Origin: Salisapilia sapeloensis CBS 127946
Lineage: Eukaryota > Protista > Oomycota
Assembly: GCA_023334545.1 (NCBI GenBank)
Contig: JAADVB010000001.1
Location: 139,194-203,193, forward strand
Length of the DNA stretch: 64,000 nucleotides
Direction: 5' to 3'
Both the position numbers and the translations under genes were made by a program. Below the pieces are notes generated by a model. It had not been told where the DNA came from. It was given only the letters and a program-made list of their open reading frames with translations, and did no database searches. Positions 1 to 10,482 of the stretch are shown piece by piece (the first letter of the stretch is position 1; each line of letters starts with the position of its first letter).

Positions 1-201
1 GTTTTGAAGGTATCCGCTGATTGACTGATACTTTTCCGTTGCTTCCTCTAGCGATGGCACAACCTTTGTTAAATAATCTTCTTCTCGCTTGAGCTCTGGA
101 CTATTCACCAACGTTTCAGTCTGTTGCACAAGTTCCTGTAGACTCTGTAATTGACGCCTTGCCTCTTCTTCAGTTTCAATTATATGCTCTTCGTCTTCCA
201 T
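1..201 (-). CDS. 5' part of a hypothetical coiled-coil protein (runs off the window start)
   Basis: ATG at 201 in ACCATGG context opens an uninterrupted frame to base 1: MEDEEHIIETEEEARRQLQSLQELVQQTETLVNSPELKREEDYLTKVVPSLEEATEKYQSISGYLQN; E/Q/L-rich helical composition. Not in the ORF track because it has no stop inside the window. Confidence 0.7.
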   Translation of the reverse strand, partial: MEDEEHIIETEEEARRQLQSLQELVQQTETLVNSPELKREEDYLTKVVPSLEEATEKYQSISGYLQN

Positions 202-366
202 GGTCTTGAATCTCCAAGTTGTTCGGCTAAAACGAGACGAGGATATACCGTTAAGCTACTCAGTAGTTTCATTCCAATCATCTAAATATGGTTAGTTTCA
301 AGTTTGCATCTAAATAAAGCAAAGGGTGGGCTTTATTATCCTTTTTGATCATTCATCAACGCAAGG

Positions 367-3300
367 ATGCCATCATTACGAAGCCCCCGCAACAAAGATG
401 CCAGTGAGGCAAAGGATCCGTTCAGGAATAGAGGCGCTTCGAATAAGTCAGCAAGTGGAGGCTCAAGTATGATGGGTTTGCTGAAGTCCAAACTCTCCTC
501 TCGGTTCGGAAAGAAGAAGAATGCTGGAAACGAGGAAGCACCGAAATCGAATAATGCGGACGTTGCTGAGGTGCAACATGCTGTAAGCGAAGAAGCGGTT
601 AATAACCACTCCAATGGACCCGATTACGTGGATGCATACACGGGTAAGGATGAAAACAAGGATGAAGATGAGACCGAACTAGAAAAGAAGCGTGGTCAAA
701 ACATAGACAGCGCAGAATCATACGAAGAAGTAATTCCGTTTGACGCGATGAAAATAAGCGACCAAAATGACGCTAATGACGAAGTGGATAAAGGGTATAA
801 CTCAATGGGGATGGATGGCACTTCTGCTGGTTTAAGTAGAGATTCACATGAAACTATTGCTCCTAAAGACTCTACTAATGCTCCAGAAAACGGATACATA
901 AGTGATGATGAAGCTGAAGTCGAGGTCTTCTCTCAAGACGCACATTCTGAGGTCGATAATCAAAACTCTGGCTTGACCAATGACGAAGCCTTTGGTGATG
1001 GAGACGATGGAGTAGAAGCTGACACGCATCATCTTAGTTCAAGCTCTCATACACCACGAGAGCTGGATCTGACTGTGGTGGGTATTTCGGCCGATAAACC
1101 GGACATGGCGAAAGTTCCTTCAGTAGCAATGTCAGAGCTTGCAGACATCTATGAAACCAATCCAAACTTTAAGTGCACTACTGAGGCGTCTAATATGCTC
1201 AACGATCGACCTTCAGATGAAGTGGAAACCGAATTGAAGTCGTCCTATCAAGTAAATTTAGACCACTCAAGTCCAATGATGGAGACTTCAACAGTGGACA
1301 ACGTTACCCCCTCAAATGTTGTTTCATCACCAGCTACCAGCTTGACAGCACCTAAGCAAGAGATAGTTGACCCACAAGAAAGGGGAGTAGGCGAAGCTGC
1401 TGGCGATGCAATGATTGTTGAGTCAAGAAAAAGGACTCCTACTCCGTATCATCGCCAAGTTTCCGGTCGCTCTCGACAACCATCGCTTCAATCTATTGCC
1501 GAAATTGCAGCCAACAGTGATAGTGCCGGTGATGAAGAACCGAGTGACGCGTTTGATGCAGGAGCTGTTATCACAGAGCAACTGGGAGAAAAAATAGCAA
1601 CATTACTAGGTGCGGAGCCGTGGGGTGACCGTCAGGATGGCTTCGACGCAATCAAGCGTCTAGTTAAAGAGAAAGAGCTATCACAAGCTAAAAATGGGAA
1701 GGACCTATTGCACGCTGTTCTTGCTGCAGTTCAATATGGCGTCGAAGACAAAGTAACCCCAGTTATGTACTGCTCTCTCGACTGTCTAAAATCATCTATG
1801 AGAGCTTTTTTCTCCGTAATCAACGATCGTTACGCAGATTACCCGCCAGTTGCGTATCAGCTTAGAATGCTCATTAACGCCTTACTTGGAAAGCTAAGCG
1901 ACTCGAATTCGAGGACTAGACGAGAAGTATCTCACGCTCTTATTCGCTTAGTTCGGGTTCGCAAGCTAAAGGCTTTACCTATCGTAATGACGAGTCTGAA
2001 GGAGAAGGAAGTTCCGGTAGTGTCACAAGCAGAGCTTCTATCGTCCTTTGTACGTGAACTTGGTGTGGAAGGAAAGTACGGGCTTACCATCGATATGGTG
2101 ATGGAATTTGCTCTCCCTGCCCTCTCCATCTCTGAAGCAAAAACTCGGAAAGCTACTATTGAATTAATTGCTACACTCCATGTCCTTGACTATGAATCAT
2201 CCAAGTGTCGAATTGAAAATGTTAAGCCTGATATCAAACGCCAAATTAGCAAACGAGCTAAGAAACTAGTAGCTGCATATGCAAAGGAAATGGAAGCAAA
2301 GCGTGCTGATGAACAGCAACAGGATCAGGATTTTGATGTGGAGGTGGATCGGGGAGTTGACTTCTTAATTATTCCAACCAAAGAGAGCCCAGAAGCAGCG
2401 GAAGCTCTGTCGATTAATTGGTCTGCTGCTGAAGAGATGATGGGACCTGTGGAATGGAGAAAATCGGAGAGCAAGACGTGGAGTGACCGGAAAGATGCTT
2501 TAGTAAGTCTTGAAAGCAAAATGAACGATGATAAAGCCAAGGAAAAGCAGGATGCAAGTGTATGCCAAACGAACTTTACTGTCTATTGCACTGTCATCTA
2601 CAAGTTTCTGGACGACACCATTGCACCTGTAGTTTGTACTGCTATCGATGTGTTTTCGACTCTATTGAAGGTTTATGGTGCTAAGGTCGATTTCCAGCAG
2701 AGAGATGTCCAAACAATTACAATGTTGACAAGCATGAAGTTACTATCCATCATGCAAAAGTCTAGCACTCGGATGAATCGTGGAGCTCTACGTGGGCTGC
2801 TAAAACTAGTTCGTCTACCATCTCGAGCTGTCGTCCAAGTGGCATTGAGCTGCATCTTTTCCCACGACACAGACTTACTAGTGCGAATGCAGATGCTGAA
2901 ACTTCTAGTGCCAGAGTTTGGCTTTCATCGAGAAGCCTTAAGTGCTCAAGTCGTGCTGGAGTCTGTCGCACTAGCTCTTGGAAATACAAATGACAAAGTG
3001 AGGAAAGCTGCGATGGATGTCGCCCTTTGCACCCAACGAATCGTCGGCAAGAAATTCGTCCTGCACAAGTTGGACGGTGTGAAGCCTGCTATCTTGCGTG
3101 AACTCGAAAAGAACTTTGTTGACTCGGACCGACGAGACGACACTCGTCCTCAAACCGTCCATGCGAGTTCTCATACGACAGAAAGTCTTAGCAACAACAC
3201 AAGTGATCTTGAATCCAGTGAGGGCCTTCCTCCAGTAAGTATTGGACGACGGATTCTTCACAGCGCTCCTGTCGGCAGCGGATCCCTGCAGTTCGACCCG

Positions 3301-3390
3301 AATGACGATGGCACTTCTGCTCGCAGAGCCTCGGTCCTGAGTAACGATGAAGAGTACCTGATGGATTCGATATTGAACGATGAGATTTAA
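367..3390 (+). CDS. Intronless 1007-aa protein: acidic disordered N-terminus plus two CEP104-type TOG (HEAT-repeat) domains
   Basis: Repeat 1 (WGDRQDGF...LSDSNSRTR...SQAELLSSFVRELGVEGKYGLTIDMVMEFALPAL) and repeat 2 (SKTWSDRKDAL...LVPEFGF...ALGNTNDKVRKAAM) resemble the CEP104 TOG domain as I recall it (KTWSYREDAL...GDSSARLR...SQMGLLARLLKDLG...GFTIDNVMKF). Confidence 0.7.
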   Translation: MPSLRSPRNKDASEAKDPFRNRGASNKSASGGSSMMGLLKSKLSSRFGKKKNAGNEEAPKSNNADVAEVQHAVSEEAVNNHSNGPDYVDAYTGKDENKDEDETELEKKRGQNIDSAESYEEVIPFDAMKISDQNDANDEVDKGYNSMGMDGTSAGLSRDSHETIAPKDSTNAPENGYISDDEAEVEVFSQDAHSEVDNQNSGLTNDEAFGDGDDGVEADTHHLSSSSHTPRELDLTVVGISADKPDMAKVPSVAMSELADIYETNPNFKCTTEASNMLNDRPSDEVETELKSSYQVNLDHSSPMMETSTVDNVTPSNVVSSPATSLTAPKQEIVDPQERGVGEAAGDAMIVESRKRTPTPYHRQVSGRSRQPSLQSIAEIAANSDSAGDEEPSDAFDAGAVITEQLGEKIATLLGAEPWGDRQDGFDAIKRLVKEKELSQAKNGKDLLHAVLAAVQYGVEDKVTPVMYCSLDCLKSSMRAFFSVINDRYADYPPVAYQLRMLINALLGKLSDSNSRTRREVSHALIRLVRVRKLKALPIVMTSLKEKEVPVVSQAELLSSFVRELGVEGKYGLTIDMVMEFALPALSISEAKTRKATIELIATLHVLDYESSKCRIENVKPDIKRQISKRAKKLVAAYAKEMEAKRADEQQQDQDFDVEVDRGVDFLIIPTKESPEAAEALSINWSAAEEMMGPVEWRKSESKTWSDRKDALVSLESKMNDDKAKEKQDASVCQTNFTVYCTVIYKFLDDTIAPVVCTAIDVFSTLLKVYGAKVDFQQRDVQTITMLTSMKLLSIMQKSSTRMNRGALRGLLKLVRLPSRAVVQVALSCIFSHDTDLLVRMQMLKLLVPEFGFHREALSAQVVLESVALALGNTNDKVRKAAMDVALCTQRIVGKKFVLHKLDGVKPAILRELEKNFVDSDRRDDTRPQTVHASSHTTESLSNNTSDLESSEGLPPVSIGRRILHSAPVGSGSLQFDPNDDGTSARRASVLSNDEEYLMDSILNDEI

Positions 3391-3546
3391 TTACATAAAA
3401 TCCATTTCATTTCCATTACTACCTTTGCGAAAATGATCTTTAAATTCAATTGACTAACATTGAGATGTACTTAAAGTGTATCAACTTTTTTATGCATTGA
3501 TGTGATGCTGACAAGCACACATTCACTCATGTAATATCGATTCTGG

Positions 3547-5859
3547 CTAAAGCTCAAACTCTTCGTCGTGGATATCAAAGAGGTGGGTGCCAATCTCTTT
3601 CGCAGCAATGTCCGTCGCTTCCTTGAGCGCTTCTGGTCCCGACACGAACGTCCCGACGCAATCAACCATGTCCGGTTTTGATTTGCTGCATCTTGGATGC
3701 ACATTATAAGCTTGTCGAGCAGCCTTGGTTATATCCGGACGATGCCCAACGACAGTGTCGTACTTGGCAAGTAGATCCCGGTAGGTGCATGCTTTAGCAG
3801 ACGAATCAAGCTTGTCTGCAGTATAAAGCGAATCCTCCTCTTCAACGGAAGCCACGGTTGCTTTCCTAGCACGATGCTTGTCCATGAAAAAGAAAAACTT
3901 GGCAACGGATGCCGAGAAAAAGACGACCATGATCTCTGTAAAGTTCTCTAGAGGCCAGTATTGCGTCTCAGCTCCTCGTGACATGATCTTCCCGCCATCG
4001 TACGTCAGATATGCCAGTACACCAGACATGACGAGGAAAGCTGACGTGTACAAGAGCACTCGAGTGCTACGTGACCTCAGCGGTTCAGCAAAGGCGATTG
4101 CGTTGCTAGAAGCGCCTTGAGAGTAGACACCACCGTGATCTTGCTCGTATAGCTTCTTATCCAGCGTCTCTTCATCCGGTGTCTTCGTCAGGTAAAAGTC
4201 GAACTTAAATAGCTGCCCAGACGGGTCGAACTTTCGAAGTTCGCAAAGCACCGGATGGATTTCCTGCAGCAGAGAAAGCTCTCGGAAGGAAAAGAGGAAG
4301 TACACTGGTTGTTCTTGCCACTCATGCCGACGTATGGCCGCTGCAATGTCTTCCAAAATCGCAAACATTGGTGTCGCGCCGATGCCACCACCGATTAAGA
4401 ATAGCGACGGATAGTGCTTATACACTTCCAATGATGCTCCATAAAAACCTTCCATACATACAACTGGTGTCTGACCAGTGCTATTGCACTTGTGAGCATA
4501 TGTGACCAAGTCCTGCGTCCAATCACCCAGCGTTTTCAATAGAATTGTGAGGGATCCTTTATGGTAATTAGGAGACGAACTTATCGTAAATGGATGCCAT
4601 TGCTGCTTTGCCAAGGATGGCACGTTCAAATGGACAAACTGTCCAACTTGATAAGCACCGTCGCGGTCAGTGGATGTCTTGACAACGACCTTGAGAATAT
4701 CGTCGGATAGGACGGACATAAGGGAAACCTGAACAGGCTGCATGGCGTTTTTACGTGCAACGACGCGGTCGAGGTAGTACATGAGTAAGGATGGCGCGAG
4801 CCACCAGACGATTGGGTTCCAGTGCATCACTGCAAAGATAACTCCTAGGAACGACAGCAGATGTGTCAAGTAGAACGTCTCATACATATTCCGCCGAATG
4901 TACGGAATCGATGTTGCTGCAACGATGAGCAAGAAGATCAAGGAGATTTCTCCAAACACATTGAACCAAGCATGGTACCCTGGACTCTTATAGTCCAGCT
5001 TGCAGGTAAAGCAAGGCAGTGCCATCTCCTTCAACGTGCCTTCATGAGCCCATATAAAGTAAAATGGAATTGCATGAATGACAGAAGCGACGATGGACCA
5101 GACGCCAAGCCATCGATGGTACTTCATCCCGTTCGCGTACGAAATGCCGAGGTAATCCAACCAAGCACTGTTTCGAGTGATGGGTAAGAAGACGAATGCC
5201 ATGTTGTAGACACTCATGTACCCAAAACTGACGCCGATGATCCGAAGCAATGTATAGACGGTGAATTCTGTCTGCCCGATGGTGAATTGCAGCTCCCGTA
5301 CCACGAGCCATCCGCAGATGAACATGAAGAGGTTACCACCGAAGAAGCAGATATGGAAGAGGATTTCCCCGTAGCTAAAGGATGCCAGATATCGACCAAG
5401 AGCGGATGACGCAAGTGTCGAAGGTTTGCGACGAAGGAATGCACCCACGCGTAGTACTTGAATGGAAGCAATGCGATGCATGCTCTTCTCGCGCAGCATT
5501 TCGACGCAAATGAGACCGAAGAGAAGAGGTAGGACAGCATACAAGAAGAAATATGTCACCCTTTGCATTTCAAAATGGAACTCTGGTTTCCATCCCATGT
5601 ATGCATCCAGCCATTGCCACCATAGTCCAAGAGATTCAAAGTATCGCAACATTACGGCAGGCATAACGACTACTGTCTGGGCGACAAAGTACGTGACCAT
5701 GGATGCAATGATCAGGACTTGTAGTAGCAGTCTGCTAGACGTTGTGAGCGACCGAGGCTCCGTCCCATCACCAGCAGAAGGCTTCGATAGAAGTGGATTC
5801 ATCTCGTTCACGACGGTTGGGGTATGTACAGAGACTTTCAGGTCCGTGAGCAAGACCAT
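3547..5859 (-). CDS. Ferric reductase-like transmembrane oxidoreductase (FRE/NOX superfamily), intronless, 770 aa
   Basis: Multiple TM helices with paired heme His (YHRWLG..IHAI; THLLS..MHW), FAD-binding WHPFTISS, NADPH-binding GGGIGATP, C-terminal VSGPEAL; no EF-hands, so not RBOH-type. Confidence 0.9.
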   Translation of the reverse strand: MVLLTDLKVSVHTPTVVNEMNPLLSKPSAGDGTEPRSLTTSSRLLLQVLIIASMVTYFVAQTVVVMPAVMLRYFESLGLWWQWLDAYMGWKPEFHFEMQRVTYFFLYAVLPLLFGLICVEMLREKSMHRIASIQVLRVGAFLRRKPSTLASSALGRYLASFSYGEILFHICFFGGNLFMFICGWLVVRELQFTIGQTEFTVYTLLRIIGVSFGYMSVYNMAFVFLPITRNSAWLDYLGISYANGMKYHRWLGVWSIVASVIHAIPFYFIWAHEGTLKEMALPCFTCKLDYKSPGYHAWFNVFGEISLIFLLIVAATSIPYIRRNMYETFYLTHLLSFLGVIFAVMHWNPIVWWLAPSLLMYYLDRVVARKNAMQPVQVSLMSVLSDDILKVVVKTSTDRDGAYQVGQFVHLNVPSLAKQQWHPFTISSSPNYHKGSLTILLKTLGDWTQDLVTYAHKCNSTGQTPVVCMEGFYGASLEVYKHYPSLFLIGGGIGATPMFAILEDIAAAIRRHEWQEQPVYFLFSFRELSLLQEIHPVLCELRKFDPSGQLFKFDFYLTKTPDEETLDKKLYEQDHGGVYSQGASSNAIAFAEPLRSRSTRVLLYTSAFLVMSGVLAYLTYDGGKIMSRGAETQYWPLENFTEIMVVFFSASVAKFFFFMDKHRARKATVASVEEEDSLYTADKLDSSAKACTYRDLLAKYDTVVGHRPDITKAARQAYNVHPRCSKSKPDMVDCVGTFVSGPEALKEATDIAAKEIGTHLFDIHDEEFEL

Positions 5860-6059
5860 GCCAATGCAGATGTGATATGTAAATACTCGTAAAGCTTTGC
5901 AATTGAAGTCTATCCCATTCCCATGACCAAGTCGCTCTGATTCGATGCGAGGCGCGTGCCTTGATAGGGATTGCGCCCACTGCCATCATCGGTATGAAGT
6001 AAAAATATTACTGTGTGAGGTGACTAACAGCTTCTTAAGTAGCTTTATGGACAATCTCT

Positions 6060-7416
6060 TTGGACACAAATGACAAAATGAGCTCCGACACGATTCCAAC
6101 GACTTGTGCACGGGTCTTACGTGGTCATCGTGGACCTGTGAATGCCATTCGCTTCAATGGTACTTTTGGCATTGAATATGGCTATGATGCAGTACTAATA
6201 ACTTCGTATGGCACAGCCAAAGGCACGTATGTGATGACTTGTGGTCAAGACAAAAGCGTTCGATTATGGAATCCGCATCGAGACGACCCGGATACACCTA
6301 CAAAAGGCTTATTAGTCAAGACTTACGAAGGAAGACATGGATACGATGTGCAAGACGTTGCCATGTACGCTAATATACGCTTATCTCTGTACGAGTAGCA
6401 TCTAACGCATGCGTTTTGGATGATACAGTGCTGATGACAATTCCAAATTCGCGTCTTGTGGAAGAGACAAGATGATCTTTCTATGGGATGTCCCCACAGG
6501 ACGCGTTATACGCAAGTTTGAAGGGCATGATCACGTATATACTTTCCGACCCGTTATGCCGTTCCTTATATCTTAACGCACATGTAGACTATCAACTGTG
6601 TGCGATACAATGATGATGCGTCTGTACTTCTCAGTGGATCCTACGACAAAACCGTTCGAGCATGGGATATTAGGTATGTCTACTCTAGCCTAGTCTCACG
6701 CTCATTCGATAGGCTAACTACTTTTTCACAGAGCTCGCAATTCCTTCCGACCCATTCAGACACTGGATGAGTTTAAAGATAGCGTCACAAGTCTAGTCGT
6801 CACAGATCATGAGATCATCGCTGGGTTTGCATTTCCCCTATCAGCTACTCTTATCCCAGTTTTAATTTCTTAGTGGATAGGTCAGTGGATGGAACTCTCT
6901 GCACATTTGACCTTCGAAACAGCGCTGTTTATCGAGATCATATTCAAGGTACTTCCTATTCCTACTCATATTACACTCCATTTATACAAACATTTTATGA
7001 TATAGAACCTGTTGTCTGCGTTACAAGATCTCCAGACGATCGATACCTTCTGGCTGGATGTATGGACGGCACACTCCGACTGCTAGACCGGAACGGAGGC
7101 AAGCAACTACATAGGTACCATGCTCCATCGCTCTATCCAAAAGTCTTGACTCTAACTTCTTCACACCAGTTATCAAGGCCATCAAATGGACTCGTATCGA
7201 ATCGATAGTTGCTTTTCTCTGGAAGGAGGACACGTGCTAAGTGGGTCGGAAGACGGTCGAGTCTACTCGTGGGACCTCGTCACGGGGGACAAGTCCACTT
7301 TCCCAGCGCACTCAACACCGGTGCGAGCGATCGCAGCACACCCAGAGACTCCTCTACTCGTATCAGCCAGTACGGATGGCAGCGTCAAAGTGTGGGCGAA
7401 CAAAATGGACGAATGA
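6060..7416 (+). CDS. WDR83: WD-repeat protein WDR83/MORG1 (about 7 short introns)
   Basis: Spliced exons give LRGHRGPVNAIRFN..YVMTCGQDKSVRLWNP..KTYEGRHGYDVQDVA..DNSKFASCGRDK..LWDV.TGRVIRKFEGH..SGSYDKTVRAWDIR..PIQTLDEFKDSVTS; GT-AG introns of about 50-65 nt. Start is 6060 or 6078. Confidence 0.88.
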
Positions 7417-7437
7417 AGGAAAGATTGTATGGTACTT

Positions 7438-8235
7438 TTACGATAAATTGTAGCGCATGCCTCCAACGGTCATGAGCAAGTCATTAGCGCTCTTCTTCTC
7501 ATCTTTATCACTTGAAAATAAGGACTTGTAGACCTGACTCTTCTCCTTGCCTCTCGAGATCGCTACCGCAGCGTCCGCGATAATGTCATTCCCTGCGTTA
7601 CATTCCTTTCGAGACTTTTTCACGCCACCACTCTTCTTGACCTCTTTTTCATTCGATTTGCGCTTCTTACTGTGCTTCTTCTTCCCCTTGCGCTCCTGTT
7701 TTGCCTCTGCTTTTTCCTTTAGAAGACGTTGCTGGTTCATGTCGTACTGCTCTTTCGTCTGGAAGAGGTGGATCAAGTGACCATTCGCCATCAATTTACC
7801 ACATGAGAGACATTCCTCTGTCTTGACTTCTTTCATGCACCTCTCAGAGACGACGCAACCACAGCTAGAGACCACGACGAAAGGATACTTGCCATTAAAC
7901 GCAAGCATCGTCACAGGACAATAGAACTTGGACGTATCCTGCTCACTACCTTTGTAAAAGTGGCATGTAACCACATCTTTCAACGACGTGATGTGTTTAA
8001 ACTTGTCTGGAATAGTCTTGGCAACGAGATGCTCAATCAAGACTTCCTTATTATACAAATTGCCCAGTTCACAAGCGACGATTGGCTCTTGTAGTGGCTC
8101 CTGCGAGATCGCACAAGAGCTCACTTGTTGTTCACGAGCAAGGTCTTGATCCTGCTTTTCCTTCCGCCCTTCCTTTTGCCCAGCACCACGCATAAACTTG
8201 CGCTTTACGGCGACAACTCCTCCATCATTTCCCAT
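7438..8235 (-). CDS. RTF2: Replication termination factor 2 (Rtf2 RING-like), intronless
   Basis: N-terminal MGNDGG, CAISQEPLQEPIVACELGNLYNKE, HITSLKDVV, FYCPVT...FNGKYPF, CGCVVSERC..C..C; Lys-rich C-terminus. Confidence 0.92.
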   Translation of the reverse strand: MGNDGGVVAVKRKFMRGAGQKEGRKEKQDQDLAREQQVSSCAISQEPLQEPIVACELGNLYNKEVLIEHLVAKTIPDKFKHITSLKDVVTCHFYKGSEQDTSKFYCPVTMLAFNGKYPFVVVSSCGCVVSERCMKEVKTEECLSCGKLMANGHLIHLFQTKEQYDMNQQRLLKEKAEAKQERKGKKKHSKKRKSNEKEVKKSGGVKKSRKECNAGNDIIADAAVAISRGKEKSQVYKSLFSSDKDEKKSANDLLMTVGGMRYNLS

Positions 8236-8343
8236 TCTTCTTTAGTATGACAAAGTTTCGTCTTTAAGGTGTTTTCAGGTTGTACGGAGGTTGTTTAAAT
8301 ATTACAACGACCTCCACAAGTCTCACCACGAAAGAGCACGAAA

Positions 8344-10173
8344 ATGGGCGAAGAGGATGGTGGCTTTGACGCGTTCATGGCATCCATGGGCGATGCAGCT
8401 AGTACGCAAGAAACCTCGAATGGCAAGGTAGAAAAGGATTATGAAGAGCAGCAGGAAGATGAAGCTATGATGCGTCATTACCACGTCCCAATGAAGCGTT
8501 GGTTCCGGGACACACCAGCCCTCGAGGTATATCGTCATAGCCATCATTGTGCGTTCACTACACGTTCTAATACACTTTAAAATAGGAGAAATATGGCAAG
8601 TTCCCAATCTTTTGGCAAGATCTAAAGCAATGGCCTCATTATCGAGTCGTTCTAAAGGAATATCTCAAATCCATCGAAGGTGGATCTACTGCAGATACGT
8701 CAGAGGGTACGGACGTAAAGTCTTCTGATCCAAAGGACACGACAAATGGTGAAAAACCACGTAAGAAGCGAAAGAGTCGATGGGGCGACCCGGATGAACA
8801 GGACACGGCTGCTTCTACAAGTGAAGACGCCAAGAAGAAAAAGAGAAAGTCTCGATGGGCACCTGCACCCGCCGTCGCTGGTGCTGGACTCAACGGTGCT
8901 TTATCGGAACAAAACAAAAAGTCGGTCGAGCTACATGCCAAGCTCGACGACGTCAACGCTCGACTACAGTCGGTCGCATCTGACGCTGCTCGTATCGAAA
9001 AAGACCCGAACCGGTCTCCATCTCCACCACCACAGTACGACTCGAACGGCAAGCGCACGAACACTCGAGAGGACCGTATGCGAGAGTCGATAGAAAAGGA
9101 GCGTCAGTTTATCATCGAAGAGCTTGTGCGGATCAATCCACTCTTCCGTCCACCGTCGGACTATATGAAGCTCAAGTTACATCGAAAGATTTACATTCCA
9201 CAGGAGAAGTATCCTGGGTATAACTTTATCGGTTTAATCATTGGACCTCGAGGGAATACGCAGAAACGAATGGAGAAAGAGTCGAATTGTAAAATCGCGA
9301 TTCGAGGCAAAGGATCGATTAAAGAAGGGAGTAAGAAGAAGCAGACGGAAGTGGATGAAAATGACGAATTGCACGTGCTCATTACAGGTCCGACGCAAGC
9401 TTGTTTAGATAAGGCGGCAGAAGAAGTGCAGAAACTTCTCGTACCGCTAGACGATACACTCAACGCACATAAACAGAAACAGTTGAGAGAACTAGCGCTC
9501 ATCAACGGAACACTTCGAGACGATGACTATTGCCACATTTGTGGTGAAAAAGGACATCGGCAGTGGGAATGTCCGAACCGAGAGAGTACGTTTATACTTA
9601 GCTAACACTATTATAGTATCGTACTAATGGATGGACGTAGAATCGTTTAAGCGAGTGGAAGTCAAGTGTGCAATCTGTGGTGACTCGAGTCATCCCACGA
9701 GCGATTGTACGATGAAAGGAGCGAATTCAGCTGATAATGCTGCTATTGACGAAGAGTACGCTTCGTTTATGGAACAACTAGGAGAAACGACGTCAACGGC
9801 CAAGACAGAGAAAACGTCAGCAACACCGAACGCTGCCTCTGCGCCTTGGCTGAAACCGTCTAAGGCAGGAGCAGCAGCTGCAACTGCTCAACCATGGACA
9901 AACCAGCCAGCGGGAGCACCTGGTACAGCACCTGGTACAGCACCTGGCGTAGCTCCGGCACCAGTAGCGCAGCCTGCAGCACCTACAACCTACGTCTACG
10001 GTCCAAACGGCTGGACTGCCCAGACGCCGGACGGGTCGTACCAGTATTATGGACAGTATGCACAGCAGCCGGCAGCGTATGACTACAACCAGTATTATGC
10101 AGCGTATCAGCAGACAGGCGGTCAGCCGATGCCACCGACGGCTCCTACGAACTATCCTGGTGCTCCTCAATAA
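8344..10173 (+). CDS. SF1: Splicing factor 1 / branchpoint-bridging protein (2 introns)
   Basis: KRKSRWG and KRKSRWA U2AF-ligand motifs, [25 protein letters not shown]2 ([36 protein letters not shown]), two CCHC knuckles, Pro/Ala/Tyr-rich tail; introns near 8527-8585 and 9587-9639. Confidence 0.95.
9916..9951 (+). repeat. 12-bp coding tandem repeat x3 (GCACCTGGTACA; Ala-Pro-Gly-Thr)
   Basis: gcacctggtaca gcacctggtaca gcacctggcgta inside the SF1 low-complexity tail. Confidence 0.9.
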
Positions 10174-10482
10174 TGACAGAAGGGGTACCTCTTTGGTATT
10201 CCTACTGCTTGAACCTCCTATCGATGCAAACAAGAATGAACCGTTGGAACTGACTTTCTCTTGTTGTTTGCGTTTAAGAGTAGATCAAGTGTCTCCTTCG
10301 TCTTGATGAAAGTGACAGTGCTACTAGTACGATATGAATGGGTAGCAGAGGACAGTGTGGTTGGAAAGAGATGCAATTGATCATGTCAAGGTACTCGTAT
10401 TCATCCGTGCAATGTATCTGCTGGACGTATAAAATATAAAGTGTGGAGATGGAGATGAAGACGCACTTTCCACTTTGAGTTA

